Assembly: GCA_964016885.1 (NCBI GenBank)
Contig: OZ024743.1
Location: forward strand, 78,492,001 to 78,556,000
Reading direction: 5' to 3'
DNA from: Eledone cirrhosa
Lineage: Eukaryota
DNA length: 64,000 bases
In this document: in pieces, positions 39,213 through 52,194 of the stretch
How positions within the stretch are numbered: the stretch's first letter is position 1
Layout: every line of letters begins with the position of its first letter
Made by a program: the position numbers and the translations under genes
The notes under the pieces: model-generated
What the model was told of the DNA's origin: nothing
The model's database searches: none
What the model saw: the letters and a program-made list of their open reading frames with translations, nothing else

Positions 39213-39522
39213 TATGTATATGACGCCAGATATGGCATTTTTCGTTGTGATAGGAAGTCGAAAAGAACTATATCCCGTGGAGTTTCCATAAATATTATGA
39301 AAAAAGTACCATTGTTACTGTAATCCATATAAATCTCTATCTATGAGTAGTTTTTACAGAATTATCCCGAGAACAGGTCCACAGGATATATATGTATATA
39401 TGTATATATTAAAAAGTGTCAGTGCCCGACGGCCGAACTCTTGCCATTTCAACAGCTAGTTCCAGACGGTTGAGGACCCTGTTGAGTAATGGTTTAACTA
39501 GTTTAAAACTGGTTCTATCCTG

Positions 39523-39602
<80 letters not shown>

Positions 39603-39729
39603 AGAAGTTGTATTTAATTTGTTGGAATTCCGACAAACATAAATATTTATAACTGATATAGAGCATTCAACACGTTACTAAATATTCCAAGATATTAATA
39701 AATGGAAACTATATTTATAAAACCATATT

Positions 39730-39794
39730 TATTTTATTATATATATTTCAAGGGCGACCAAGCCAATGTTGGTGCACTTTCATCAGATAAAATA
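39730..39794 (-). ncRNA. Type I hammerhead ribozyme
   Basis: Minus strand: tattttat-CTGATGA-aagtgc.accaa..ttggt.cgccctt-GAAA-tatata-TA-ataaaata. Confidence 0.78.
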
Positions 39795-39896
39795 CAAGAT
39801 TTGTTTTATAAATAACGACATACCCATGGAAATCAACCTTAACGGTCGAATTTCACACAGTTGAAAATTGCAAACTTGACTGTCACCACAGAATAA

Positions 39897-39933
39897 GAAC
39901 CTGAAGATTGCGAAAGCATGAAAGTACTTGTTC
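39897..39933 (+). ncRNA. Minimal type I hammerhead ribozyme
   Basis: gaac-CTGAAGA-ttgc-gaaa-gcat-GAAA-gtac-TT-gttc. Confidence 0.8.
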
Positions 39934-40284
39934 AATTAACACTTAACATTTAATATTCTACCATACTATTTCATTCTAATACCATTATAAATTTTAAAGG
40001 ATTGTAAATAAAACGAGTAAATCAGACAAAGTTGGAATTCCTTTTATTAATATAATCTTCTATACACAATCATACACACCCGTGTATATTTATCTATCTA
40101 TCTCTCTCTCTCTCTCTCTCTATATGTATATATATTCATTTTATTAAGGCTAAACAGTCTTCAAACTGTGAGAAACTCCAAAGTTACAAGACTCACAATT
40201 TAGCCTTAATAAAATGAATATTAAACTCTACTTTTGTATTGAGTACACCTTTCTCTCAACCGTCAACCACATATGGATATATAT

Positions 40285-40343
<59 letters not shown>

Positions 40344-40347
40344 TATA

Positions 40348-40533
40348 TAATTGTTTCTACTTTTGCCACAAGGCGAGCAATTATTCCAGTGTATTACTGG
40401 TACTTTATTTTATCGACCCCGTAAGGATGAAAGTCAAAGTTAACCTCGGCGGGATTTGAACTCAGATCATAAAGGACCGTAACTCTTTGCTGCAAAGCAT
40501 GGTGTCAGACTCTCCACCAATACTGCCAATCCA
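40348..40533 (-). mobile_element. SINE family A
   Basis: Match to consensus. Confidence 0.88.
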
Positions 40534-40537
40534 TACC

Positions 40538-40774
<237 letters not shown>

Positions 40775-40922
40775 CTTATATATATATATATATATTCCTT
40801 ACCACATTTCCTTCGTTATATATATATATAACGAAGGAAATGTGGTAAGGAACCAGGTGGACCATAACGCACCAAAGTACTCAATACTTGAGGTAGTAGA
40901 GTGGGTAATAGGAACCAGTAAG

Positions 40923-41016
40923 ACCCCGACAGCTGAGCTCAAGCCGTTTCGACGGCTAATTCTGGACTAAATGAAAATTTATCCTGGTATTTAAATAGCC
41001 GATCTTCTCAAGGGGT
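40923..41016 (-). ncRNA. Hammerhead ribozyme, U3-A8 variant
   Basis: Inverted copy of 43635-43728. Confidence 0.7.
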
Positions 41017-41291
41017 AATTCCATATATGGTCAAAGTGATTGTCAAAAATCAGTAGTAATTCTGTGGTTGCAAATTAGTAGGGGAGATGGTGGCTAAACC
41101 TGCCAGTAGGAGAAAGAGGGGAGGGGGTGGAGTAGACCCAATCAAGCGTTGGTAGTGCCAGCTACAGCTGGGCATGAGGTCAAAGAAGATACAGGGGAGG
41201 GGGAGGGGGAGGGGGAGGAAGTCGGAACGGTAGGTAGAACAATGGGGGGTAGAAATATAGGAAGGAAAAAATACTGAGAGTGAAGAAAAGC

Positions 41292-42506
41292 ATGAGCGCC
41301 ACGGATTCGGCGGAGGTGACAGATCTTATAGGATTATTCCTAATAGCCAAACTCACTGATATGTTTCCTGCATTCGGTGGTGGATTGTACCGTGATGATG
41401 GACTCCTTACCCTTAAAGGGTACAACCCCAGTAGTACAGATCGGGTCCGGAAACAATTAATCAGATTCTTCCGCGACTGGGGATTTAAAATAACCCTACA
41501 AACGTCCCTGACCCGAGCAAACTTCCTGGACGTGACCCTCGACCTCGAAAACGACCTGTACTACCCATACAGGAAACCTAATGACAATCTGCACTACATC
41601 CACCGCCGATCAAACCATCCTAGGAACATCACAAACAACCTGGTCAAAAACATCTCCCTCCGCATATCCCGTTTGTCAGCTAATGAGCGGATATTCGATG
41701 AACATGCGCCTTATTACAACCAGGCCCTCAAGCGGAGTGGTTTCCGGGAGGAAATATCCTACTGTCCAGCTCCCATTAGCGGAACCAGCAGGAGACACCG
41801 CCGCTCACGCAATGTAACATGGTTCAATCCTCCCCACAACGCAGAGGTGACTACTCCCATCGGGAAACTATTCTTTAGGCTCATTGAAAAACACTTCCCA
41901 TTACAACACCGCTACCACAACATAATTAACAAAAATACCATCAAACTCTCTTACAGCACTACACCAAACTTCGCACAAAACATCGTCTCCTCTAACAACA
42001 AAAAACTCAACCCCGATGTCAGAAATAAACTAAATAGCAGTGGAGAACCGACCAGGAGGTGTAACTGCCCGGATAGATCTATTTGCCCACTCGACAATAG
42101 ATGTAGAGACCGTAATGTGATCTACCAGTGCAACGTGAGGACGGATACCTCCAACAAAGCCTATATAGGACTTACCGCATGTGACTTCAAGACCCGGCTA
42201 TACCAACATAGACATACCTTCCGAAACCCGGCCCGGCGTCACGCCACTACACTTTCGGGCCACATATGGGACCTCAAGGACAACAACATCACCTATGATC
42301 TCACTTGGAGATTACTGTCCAGAGCCAATTCTTACACGGGAGGACGCCGTCCGTGCAATTTATGCTCGGAGGAAACTTTACAAATGCTGTTTTCGACGGA
42401 CCAACTCCTAAACAAGAAAGATGAACTGGTTACTGCATGTAAACATAGATTGCGTAGGACTTACCTCGCCCTCAAACCCCATAATGACCCGGGGGGGGGG
42501 GGGTAG
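41292..42506 (+). CDS. PLE ORF, N-terminally truncated RT (YRDD) plus GIY-YIG endonuclease
   Basis: MSATDSAEV, GLYRDDGL, FLDVTLDL, SNHP, CNC..CPL...C, VIY..AYIGLT..FKTRLYQH, CNLC.EE; open frame. Confidence 0.9.
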   Translation: MSATDSAEVTDLIGLFLIAKLTDMFPAFGGGLYRDDGLLTLKGYNPSSTDRVRKQLIRFFRDWGFKITLQTSLTRANFLDVTLDLENDLYYPYRKPNDNLHYIHRRSNHPRNITNNLVKNISLRISRLSANERIFDEHAPYYNQALKRSGFREEISYCPAPISGTSRRHRRSRNVTWFNPPHNAEVTTPIGKLFFRLIEKHFPLQHRYHNIINKNTIKLSYSTTPNFAQNIVSSNNKKLNPDVRNKLNSSGEPTRRCNCPDRSICPLDNRCRDRNVIYQCNVRTDTSNKAYIGLTACDFKTRLYQHRHTFRNPARRHATTLSGHIWDLKDNNITYDLTWRLLSRANSYTGGRRPCNLCSEETLQMLFSTDQLLNKKDELVTACKHRLRRTYLALKPHNDPGGGG

Positions 42507-43634
42507 ACTAGGGCTATAACACCCCACTTGCCGATTTTGCAATGGGTAACCCCTGCTTGCCAAGGAAGACGTAAGATCTTCTTTGTATTCTTTTATCGCT
42601 TCCTTTATTTCCTTCCCCCTCTCTCCTTTGTCCTTCTACCCCAGCTCCTGTCCTTCTACCCCAGCTCTTCTCCTTTGTCGGCGTCTTTTCTCACCCACCC
42701 GAGGCTGCCCTTTGGCCCCATGTAGCTTTAGTACCCCCACCACCCCCTCCCCTAGTCTATGATAGATTTGGCGGACTCCGCCCTTTATAGCAGTTGGCTT
42801 AGACCCCAGATACTTGCCCCCTCTTTCCGACTGCTCCCACTATTCTCTGTGCCCTCTATATTTCTTAGTGGCACTTATGCCTTTTTTTTTCGTTTCAGTA
42901 TTTCTTGCTTCGCTTTTCTTCTGGGCGGGGTGGATTCTGAATTTATTTCTCCGTATTCTACCTTTATTTCGTACGAACTTTCATGTAGCTTGTTTTAGAT
43001 CTTTTAGAGTTAGCATTAGTATATATTTTTCTCGGGACTCAGAATTATTATCTCGTACAAGTTCACTTTGCTGCACTGGGTCGTTGCTGGCCCGGGATGG
43101 AAACCTTTATTGTTTATTTCGTGGTAGTCTCTTTAGTATTTTGGCCCCTTTTGTTGACCCCTCACCGTATCATTTACGTACTTATACCTCTTAAAAGGGT
43201 CTTTGCCTATTTCGTCCCACCTAGTTCTTTTACTTATTTCGTTATTTATTTATTTATTTATTTATTTACTTCTTTCTTTCTTTCTTTATTTTATTCTAGC
43301 CTAACAATAGCCTGACACCTAGGTCGTAGAATTTAATTTACTTTACTTTTTTCTTTACACTTATTTGCTTTTCTTCACTCTCAGTATTTTTTCCTTCCTA
43401 TATTTCTACCCCCCATTGTTCTACCTACCGTTCCGACTTCCTCCCCCTCCCCCTCCCCTGTATCTTCTTTGACCTCATGCCCAGCTGTAGCTGGCACTAC
43501 CAACGCTTGATTGGGTCTACTCCACCCCTCCCCTCTTTCTCCTACTGGCAGGTTTAGCCACCATCTCCCCTACTAATTTGCAACCACAGAATTACTACTG
43601 ATTTTTGACAATCACTTTGACCATATATGGAATT

Positions 43635-43728
43635 ACCCCTTGAGAAGATCGGCTATTTAAATACCAGGATAAATTTTCATTTAGTCCAGAATTAGCTGTC
43701 GAAACGGCTTGAGCTCAGCTGTCGGGGT
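43635..43728 (+). ncRNA. Hammerhead ribozyme, U3-A8 variant, in PLE 3' terminus
   Basis: acccc-TTGAGAA-gatcggcta...tagctgtc-GAAA-cggc-ttgagctca-gctg-TC-ggggt. Confidence 0.72.
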
Positions 43729-43738
43729 CTTACTGGTT

Positions 43739-43783
<45 letters not shown>

Positions 43784-43803
43784 TATCTCCTGTGATTATT
43801 CAT

Positions 43804-43873
<70 letters not shown>

Positions 43874-43980
43874 ATGAATAATCATATATATATATATATA
43901 TATAAAAATTATCTCCTGTGATTATTCATGTTTATATATATATATATATATATAAATTATCTCCTGTGATTATTCATGTT

Positions 43981-44022
<42 letters not shown>

Positions 44023-44389
44023 AACATGAATAATGACAGGAGATAATTTTTATATATATATATATATATAAACATGAATAATCACAGGAGATAATATCGA
44101 ATTTCGTTTATCGTGAACTCGTGCGCCGATTTTTCGATACTCGATCTTTCTAATATATTTAGCTCTGGACATAACTATCCACCAGTTAATTTTATTGCTC
44201 ATTTTTTGTCGATTCTATTGAGTGATGAATAGCTTTTGTTTTATTTTAACATGTCTATTGAGCACTCTAATTCGATATGTGTATTTCCACATTCACTCGA
44301 ATTGTTTTCGCGGATATAGGGGTCATTTCCCTTGTCTAATGCCATGTGCGTTTTTCACCGCTAGTTGACTCCTCTGCCGCCAGGAAAAA

Positions 44390-44524
44390 ACTCGTTGACA
44401 ACGTAAACTCCGTTCCACTTACTCTAGTAGGCTTTTATATTTATATGTGAGCTGATAGAGTACAGTCTAAGGATTTACAGAAACCCATGAAGCTAGATTT
44501 AACACCTTTCTAGTGGGTCCGGGT
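44390..44524 (+). ncRNA. Hammerhead ribozyme candidate, U3-A8 variant (unit 1)
   Basis: actcg-TTGACAA-cgtaaactcc...ggatttaca-GAAA-ccca...tggg-TC-cgggt; predicted cleavage after 44519. Confidence 0.62.
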
Positions 44525-45004
44525 ATGATTTTACATTCATTTAAATTATTGACGTATTGTTTTATTGATATTTTTTATCTGTTTGGCCCGAATCTTCCTT
44601 TATCGATTTTAAATCGTATGGTTGATTGTAGACTTGTTCTATATGTGACGGTATTTTAACGATAGTTATAGCTCTGATTCATCTGAATTATTGAGCCCTC
44701 TGCCGCTCATATCGAATTTCGTTTATCGTGAACTCGTGCGCCGATTTTTCGATACTCGATCTTTCTAATATATTTAGCTCTGGACATAGCTATCCACCAG
44801 TTAATTTTATTGCTCATTTTTTGTCGATTCTATTGAGTGATGAATAGCTTTTGTTTTATTTTAACATGTCTATTGAGCACTCTAATTCGATATGTGTATT
44901 TCCACATTCACTCGAATTGTTTTCGCGGATATAGGGGTCATCTCCCTTGTCTAATGCCATGTGCGTTTTTCACCGCTAGTTGACTCCTCTGCCGCCAGGA
45001 AAAA

Positions 45005-45139
45005 ACTCGTTGACAACGTAAACTCCGTTCCACTTACTCTAGTAGGCTTTTATATTTATATGTGAGCTGATAGAGTACAGTCTAAGGATTTACAGAAACC
45101 CATGAAGCTAGATTTAACACCTTTCTAGTGGGTCCGGGT
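45005..45139 (+). ncRNA. Hammerhead ribozyme candidate (unit 2)
   Basis: Same motif, offset 615. Confidence 0.62.
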
Positions 45140-45619
45140 ATGATTTTACATTCATTTAAATTATTGACGTATTGTTTTATTGATATTTTTTATCTGTTTG
45201 GCCCGAATCTTCCTTTATCGATTTTAAATCGTATGGTTGATTGTAGACTTGTTCTATATGTGACGGTATTTTAACGATAGTTATAGCTCTGATTCATCTG
45301 AATTATTGAGCCCTCTGCCGCTCATATCGAATTTCGTTTATCGTGAACTCGTGCGCCGATTTTTCGATACTCGATCTTTCTAATATATTTAGCTCTGGAC
45401 ATAGCTATCCACCAGTTAATTTTATTGCTCATTTTTTGTCGATTCTATTGAGTGATGAATAGCTTTTGTTTTATTTTAACATGTCTATTGAGCACTCTAA
45501 TTCGATATGTGTATTTCCACATTCACTCGAATTGTTTTCGCGGATATAGGGGTCATCTCCCTTGTCTAATGCCATGTGCGTTTTTCACCGCTAGTTGACT
45601 CCTCTGCCGCCAGGAAAAA

Positions 45620-45754
45620 ACTCGTTGACAACGTAAACTCCGTTCCACTTACTCTAGTAGGCTTTTATATTTATATGTGAGCTGATAGAGTACAGTCTAA
45701 GGATTTACAGAAACCCATGAAGCTAGATTTAACACCTTTCTAGTGGGTCCGGGT
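45620..45754 (+). ncRNA. Hammerhead ribozyme candidate (unit 3)
   Basis: Same motif, offset 1230. Confidence 0.62.
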
Positions 45755-45991
45755 ATGATTTTACATTCATTTAAATTATTGACGTATTGTTTTATTGATA
45801 TTTTTTATCTGTTTGGCCCGAATCTTCCTTTATCGATTTTAAATCGTATGGTTGATTGTAGACTTGTTCTATATGTGACGGTATTTTAACGATAGTTATA
45901 GCTCTGATTCATCTGAATTATTGAGCCCTCTGCCGCTCATATCGAATTTCGTTTATCGTGAACTCGTGCGCCGATTTTTCGATACTCGATC

Positions 45992-46029
<38 letters not shown>

Positions 46030-46033
46030 ACTA

Positions 46034-46310
46034 GATTAACATATAAATAAACATGAATAATCACAGGAGATAATTTTTACAAGTGTGTAACCACACATAG
46101 CTAGGTAGGTAACTAAATAAAGTTGACTAGACCTTCAAAAATAGATACCTTATAATATGATTAATCTTCCCTGGGAAGATTAATCATATTATAAGGTATC
46201 TATTTTTGAAGGTCTAGTCAACTTTATTTAGTTACCTACCTAGCTATGTGTGGTTACACACTTGTAAAAATTATCTCCTGTGATTATTCATGTTTATTTA
46301 TATGTTAATC
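46034..46310. repeat. Perfect palindrome, 138-bp arms, centre 46172
   Basis: ...attaatcttccc-t-gggaagattaat... Confidence 0.93.
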
Positions 46311-46485
46311 AATTTCTAGTTATTATAAAATGCTCGGACCTACTTGTTACAATCTTAGAGCTTATGTTGCGGGTGATATGGCGCATGTCTTTCTGGCATG
46401 ACACCCATAATTTTGATTATCTTAATTTTGGATATAGATATATGTATATATATATATATATTATTATTACTATATATATGGATAA

Positions 46486-46674
46486 GGGCGATGGATTGGC
46501 AGTATCGGTAGAGGGTCGGACGCCATGCTTTCCAGCATAGTTACGTCCCTTTACGATCTGAGTTCAAATCCCGCCGAGGTTGACTTTGCCTTTCATCCTT
46601 ACGGGGTCGATAAAATAAAGTACCAGTAATGCACTGGGTAATTGCTGGCCTTGTGCCTAAAGTAGAAACAATTA
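46486..46674 (+). mobile_element. SINE family A
   Basis: Match to consensus. Confidence 0.9.
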
Positions 46675-46694
46675 TTACTATATATATGTATATA

Positions 46695-46760
<66 letters not shown>

Positions 46761-46910
46761 TATATACATATACATATACATAGAAAGTGAGGTTTTGTTT
46801 ACAAATTGAAAAATAACCGAGGTGTCCTACACGAGTGAAAGTATAAGGAAAGAAGATGAAATCGAAAATGAAACTGGAGTCTTTTTAAAAAAATATATAT
46901 ATTTATTTGG

Positions 46911-46954
46911 TTCCTTTACCGGTTTCGCAGTTCTTCTGCTTTTCAAAAGTAGAA
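46911..46954 (-). ncRNA. Minimal hammerhead, U3-A8 variant
   Basis: Minus strand: ctt-TTGAAAA-gcag-aagaa-ctgc-GAAA-ccgg-TA-aag. Confidence 0.65.
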
Positions 46955-47249
46955 TTGAGATGGAGGGTCTGTAGTTTTTCTCACATTTGGTTGGTCTTTG
47001 AATGTTACTTATGTTTTATATGGAAAAAAGTGGCTCGAAGTGCCAAGTTTTTAGAGAAGTAATTTGGTTGGTTGGTGAATAAGTATAATAAATTTCGCGC
47101 CAGTTCACGTTACAAAGCTATTCAAACATGGGGTGGGTCTCAGGTTGTTTTTTCATATATGAGTGAAGTTTGGTTGGTTGATGCAGTCACGTGAATAAGC
47201 ACATCAGCTTTCGCGCCAGTTTGTGTTTGAATTTCTTTTTACTTACAAA

Positions 47250-49335
47250 AAACTGGCTCATGAAGGCTTTTTTGGGGATGATAGAGGCCCTCCAACTTGC
47301 TAAAGTCCCAGACATTATTGTCAGAGCCATAGAGAGGCTGCCTTCTTCTTGGGCTACTATCCTAAGGTTAAAGACAGAGAGAGAGGACTCTATTTTCACT
47401 GATAAAATAAAATATTGCAGGGGTATATTTCAGGGGGACAGTCTCTGTGTGATATTATTCATCTTGTCATTAAACCCCTTGTCCTTTCTGTTCAAGAAAT
47501 GTGAGGGATACATCATTGGCTCACAGGATGACAGAAATACGAACTCTTTGTGGATGATTTGAAACTCTATGCCAAGAACATGGATGGGATGAAGAAAATT
47601 CTTGACCTGGTTACAACGTTCTCAAAGTATATAAGAATGGAGTTTGACCAAGATAAATGCTCTTACATGACTGTAAAGCGGGGAAAAACAACAACCCAAT
47701 CTAACAACATTGTCATCAATGGCCTAACTGTTTCACCGATATCTGATGAGGACTGCTACAGATACCTGAGGATAGATTAGAACATATCCTATAATGGTAT
47801 CTGTAATAAAGAACGCGTAACCAGGGAATACTACACCCGATTAAGAAAGATCTGGTCATCGGAACTCTCTACGCAAAACAAAACAGTGGCTCACAATGTG
47901 TTTGCTGCGCCTGTCCTAACACAAACGTTTGGAATACTCAATTGGACGATAGACGAAATCCGAGCAGTTGATGTTGGAACTCAAAAAATACTAAACAACA
48001 CCGGAAACTTCCACATCAACAGTGACATAAACCGCCTTTACTTGAAACGTAAGCAGGGAGGCAGAGGCTTAACATAAGTCCAGACAACATTTGAATGTCT
48101 CATCATATCTCTCCGACATCTACGAACCTCGAAGCGTAGGAGCCCGTTTCTCGAGCAAGTCTATCTGCATGAAACAGATAAGATCATGAGAGTTGGGAAG
48201 GAACTCCTCGAGAGATATTCCCTGTGTGATAATCAAAAACTCACACCCAGGGATGTCGCTCAGCAGTATCGCAGTGAATACATGAATGAAAAACTGCATG
48301 CTTATCAGCAAAAAGTCATGCATGGATATGTTGCCAGGAAGCTCCAGAGTGAGAGTATTATAGATAAGGAAAGTAGGCTATCTTGGACCAACAACCGCTA
48401 TATTGGCTCCCACTTTGAAGGATACATTTTTGCAATCCAAGAATAGGAGATTAACACGAAATACCTGATTCACAAAATAGATAGGGATGCAGGCAAAACA
48501 CCTAGATGTGATAACAAGTGCAGACTCTGCAGAACTAACATCGAGGATATCACCCATATAATAAGCAGCTGTCCAAAGATGTCATCGCGGTACTATCTAC
48601 CTATGAGGCATGATGTAGTGGCCAAAACACTGTACAATGCAGTTCGTAAAAAAGATAGCCCCGATAATAAACACATTAAAAGCTACAACAATGTGGAAGA
48701 CATCCATGTACATAATATGAAAGAGTACTGGTGGAATGTTTCAGTAAAAACCCCAATAAAATGCAGGCATTACAGACCAGATATTATGACATGGGACAGG
48801 GAGAAGAAAGCATGCACAGTAGTGGAAATTAGCTGCCCAGCAGATGCCAATATAATATCAAAGATTAGTGAAAAGGAGAATATTTATGCAGAACTGATGA
48901 GAAATCTGCAGATACTCCACCCTGATTACACCTTCAGATTTATGCCTGTGATGGTTGGGGCACTGGGATATGTTAGTAACTGCCTCAATACAAATCTTGA
49001 GAAGCTAGGCTTCACAGGAACAGAAAGAACACAACTAGTTAGGAAATTACAAGTACAATCCATTAATGGAACAGTAAAAATATGTAAAACATTCCAGAAA
49101 TTTTGCATCTAATAACTGCATATACACATGTACAGATGCAAAGCATATACGCATGCACACATACAACTCAAAACATCCACATCCACACATACAATAACAT
49201 CCATATCTACACATGCATGCATACATACATATCTACCTAGTTGATGTTGTGTAAATTCCAATGAGAGAGTCTTGTGTCTATGTTAGAAACCGACTCTCTC
49301 TCTATTGGTAAAACTTTGTGAAATTATAAAACCAG
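47250..49335 (+). mobile_element. 5'-truncated R4/Dong-like non-LTR retrotransposon (RT plus CCHC plus restriction-like endonuclease), degraded
   Basis: RGIFQGDSL..F.L.LNPLS, MDDLKLY, RLYL.R..GGRGL, CRLC..E...HI.S.C, RHD.VA, RPDI..VVEISCP..K..EK..Y; stops and frameshifts. Confidence 0.85.
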
Positions 49336-49374
49336 AATAACATACATAATTGCATACATACATACACACATACA

Positions 49375-49977
49375 TGGTGGCTGCCAACTCGTTTTCGAGT
49401 ACGGCCACTACTTTATATCCATGTAGGAGAACCCTACCGATGCACTGAACGTGTGTAAACTTTTTAGTCCAGCCAGCGACTTGAAAACTCTGGTACAAAC
49501 ACTACACTTGTGACAATTATTGACACAGTGCTGGGCCCATGGTACCATGTGACGACAAGTGCAGAGAGATCTCCAGATATAAAGCAATGCCTGCGCCGTG
49601 AAGCTTTTATAGTGAGCAAAGACACTGCACAAAGCCAGTCCCACTCTCTTAACCAAGATGATATTTACCAAAAAGAAGAACAAGTCTACATCATTGGATA
49701 CCATCAGGGTTGCAGGTGTTATATCAGAGTTTTCCTTCTAGAATTCTGCCTTCACAAAGGCTAAGGGTTCATCTCTCCCGGTGATTTTGGATGGCCATTG
49801 ACTCTTAAGAGCTCCTTTGCCCTTTGACAGGTTTTGTTTTTAGTCCTGCAGGATGTCCAAAGTCACCCTCCTCACCAAGAAACCTTGGCGGTGTTGCCAG
49901 TTTAGTCGCCAACGACCCGACCATTAGACAGGTTGTACTGGGATACATGTTGCCAGTAGCACCAACTGGTGACCTGA
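49375..49977 (-). mobile_element. RTE-like non-autonomous repeat (~600 bp) flanked by (TATG)n
   Basis: 49375-49752 is homologous to 11893-12274. Confidence 0.65.
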
Positions 49978-50016
49978 CATAAATACATACATACATACAT
50001 ACATACATACATGCAT

Positions 50017-50111
<95 letters not shown>

Positions 50112-50447
50112 GTATATATAGAAATGGCTTCTACAAGACTAGAACTGTTTCATTCGAAGGGTATCATCACATTTATACTCTGCTATGTATTGGATACCTT
50201 ACTTAATGTGGTTACCCCCGATTGAACCCGGGATACACATATCTATCTGTCTATCTATATATTCATTTTATGAAGGTGGACTAGTGAGTCTTGTTACTAG
50301 AAATAGCTGTTGAAACGGCAAGAGCTCCGACGCAGAGCCCTGACTATCTGTAATATAACCATACTCTACTATCTCAAGTATCGAGTATCGAGTACTCTGT
50401 TGAGTAATGGTCTAACTATTTTAAAACTGGCTCTATCTCGCTCCCTC

Positions 50448-50515
<68 letters not shown>

Positions 50516-50523
50516 GAGAGAGC

Positions 50524-50573
<50 letters not shown>

Positions 50574-50644
50574 GAAGGAGCGAGATAGAACCAGTTTTAA
50601 AATAGTTAAAAACTAGTTTAAAACTGGCTCTATCTAGCTCTCTC

Positions 50645-50780
<136 letters not shown>

Positions 50781-50825
50781 GTGACGAAACATAAGTCAAT
50801 TGCATGAACTCATAATCCTTTATTT

Positions 50826-50881
50826 ACTGCTATATATATTTCGATGATAGCCATTGAGTGGCTATGACCTCAGCAGGCAAT
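50826..50881 (-). ncRNA. Hammerhead-like motif, probably inactivated (CTGCTGA)
   Basis: Minus strand: attgc-CTGCTGA-ggtcatagcca-ctcaa-tggctatcatc-GAAA-tatata-TA-gcagt. Confidence 0.55.
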
Positions 50882-51235
50882 TAGTCAGTTCTTAGATATG
50901 CCAGCTCTGTGATTTTGGTGTTGATAGTATCAGAGCCTTGGGACATATTTATATATATATATTTATATGTATTTAGGTATGTATACACATATATAAATAT
51001 ATATATATATATCGTATATGCATCGGATATATTTTTAAATCGTATATATATATATTCTTGTGTGTGTGTGTGGGCGTAGTTGTATTAAGCTGGAGTAATT
51101 ATCCTGCTACTGTATAGTTTTGTCTAATGATCATTTAAAAATACAATAACAGGACACTGACTCGACCTGAAAAACCTATTTATCTCTGTTCTGGTATTGA
51201 GTACGTATTCTTGCCAGTGTTAATACTAAACAGAA

Positions 51236-51280
<45 letters not shown>

Positions 51281-51349
51281 GGATAATCAACAAATTAAAT
51301 AACTCATTGCTTACACACACACACACACACATACACACACACACACACA

Positions 51350-51480
<131 letters not shown>

Positions 51481-51912
51481 TCACACACACATATATATAT
51501 ACTGTATAATACATATGTGTGTATATGCGTGTGTATATGTGAGAGGAGAGAGGTTGTAGTTTGCTTATTTGTTTATTTTTCTTTGCCCCTGAAATAACAT
51601 TGCAAGAGATGTGAAACACCAGTAAAAGGGATGAAACATTAATCAGGAGGATAGGTGAATGTTCTGGAGGTGATATGAAATGTGGTTTGTTGATTTGACC
51701 TCGATACAGTCAAATATATCGAGTGGGTTGAAGAGTTAATGGAGGAGGTATTAGATAAGGTACGGAGATGGGTGACTGTTTAAGGGAGTTGTTTCACAAC
51801 CACGTGGAGTTCTACTGTATGTCATTTGGGAAAATATCAGCTGCTCTTGTCTCTGATGATCAACGCCTTGTGTGGGGAATTTCGTGGATGAAAATTGCTG
51901 AGAGAGGCCCGT

Positions 51913-51986
<74 letters not shown>

Positions 51987-52014
51987 AAAATGTGGAGAAG
52001 GAGCACACGAGTTG

Positions 52015-52096
<82 letters not shown>

Positions 52097-52100
52097 CATA

Positions 52101-52190
<90 letters not shown>

Positions 52191-52194
<4 letters not shown>

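Larger units (their letters stand above)
40829..43741 (+). mobile_element. Penelope-like element with inverted copy of its 3' terminus at the 5' end
   Basis: 40910-41292 is the reverse complement of about 43366-43742; ORF follows directly; (TA)n on both sides. Confidence 0.93.
44094..46002 (+). repeat. 615-bp tandem repeat (3.1 units), non-coding, one HHR variant per unit; retrozyme-like
   Basis: Units start at 44094, 44709, 45324 and 45939; nearly identical; no ORF in the track. Confidence 0.9.
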
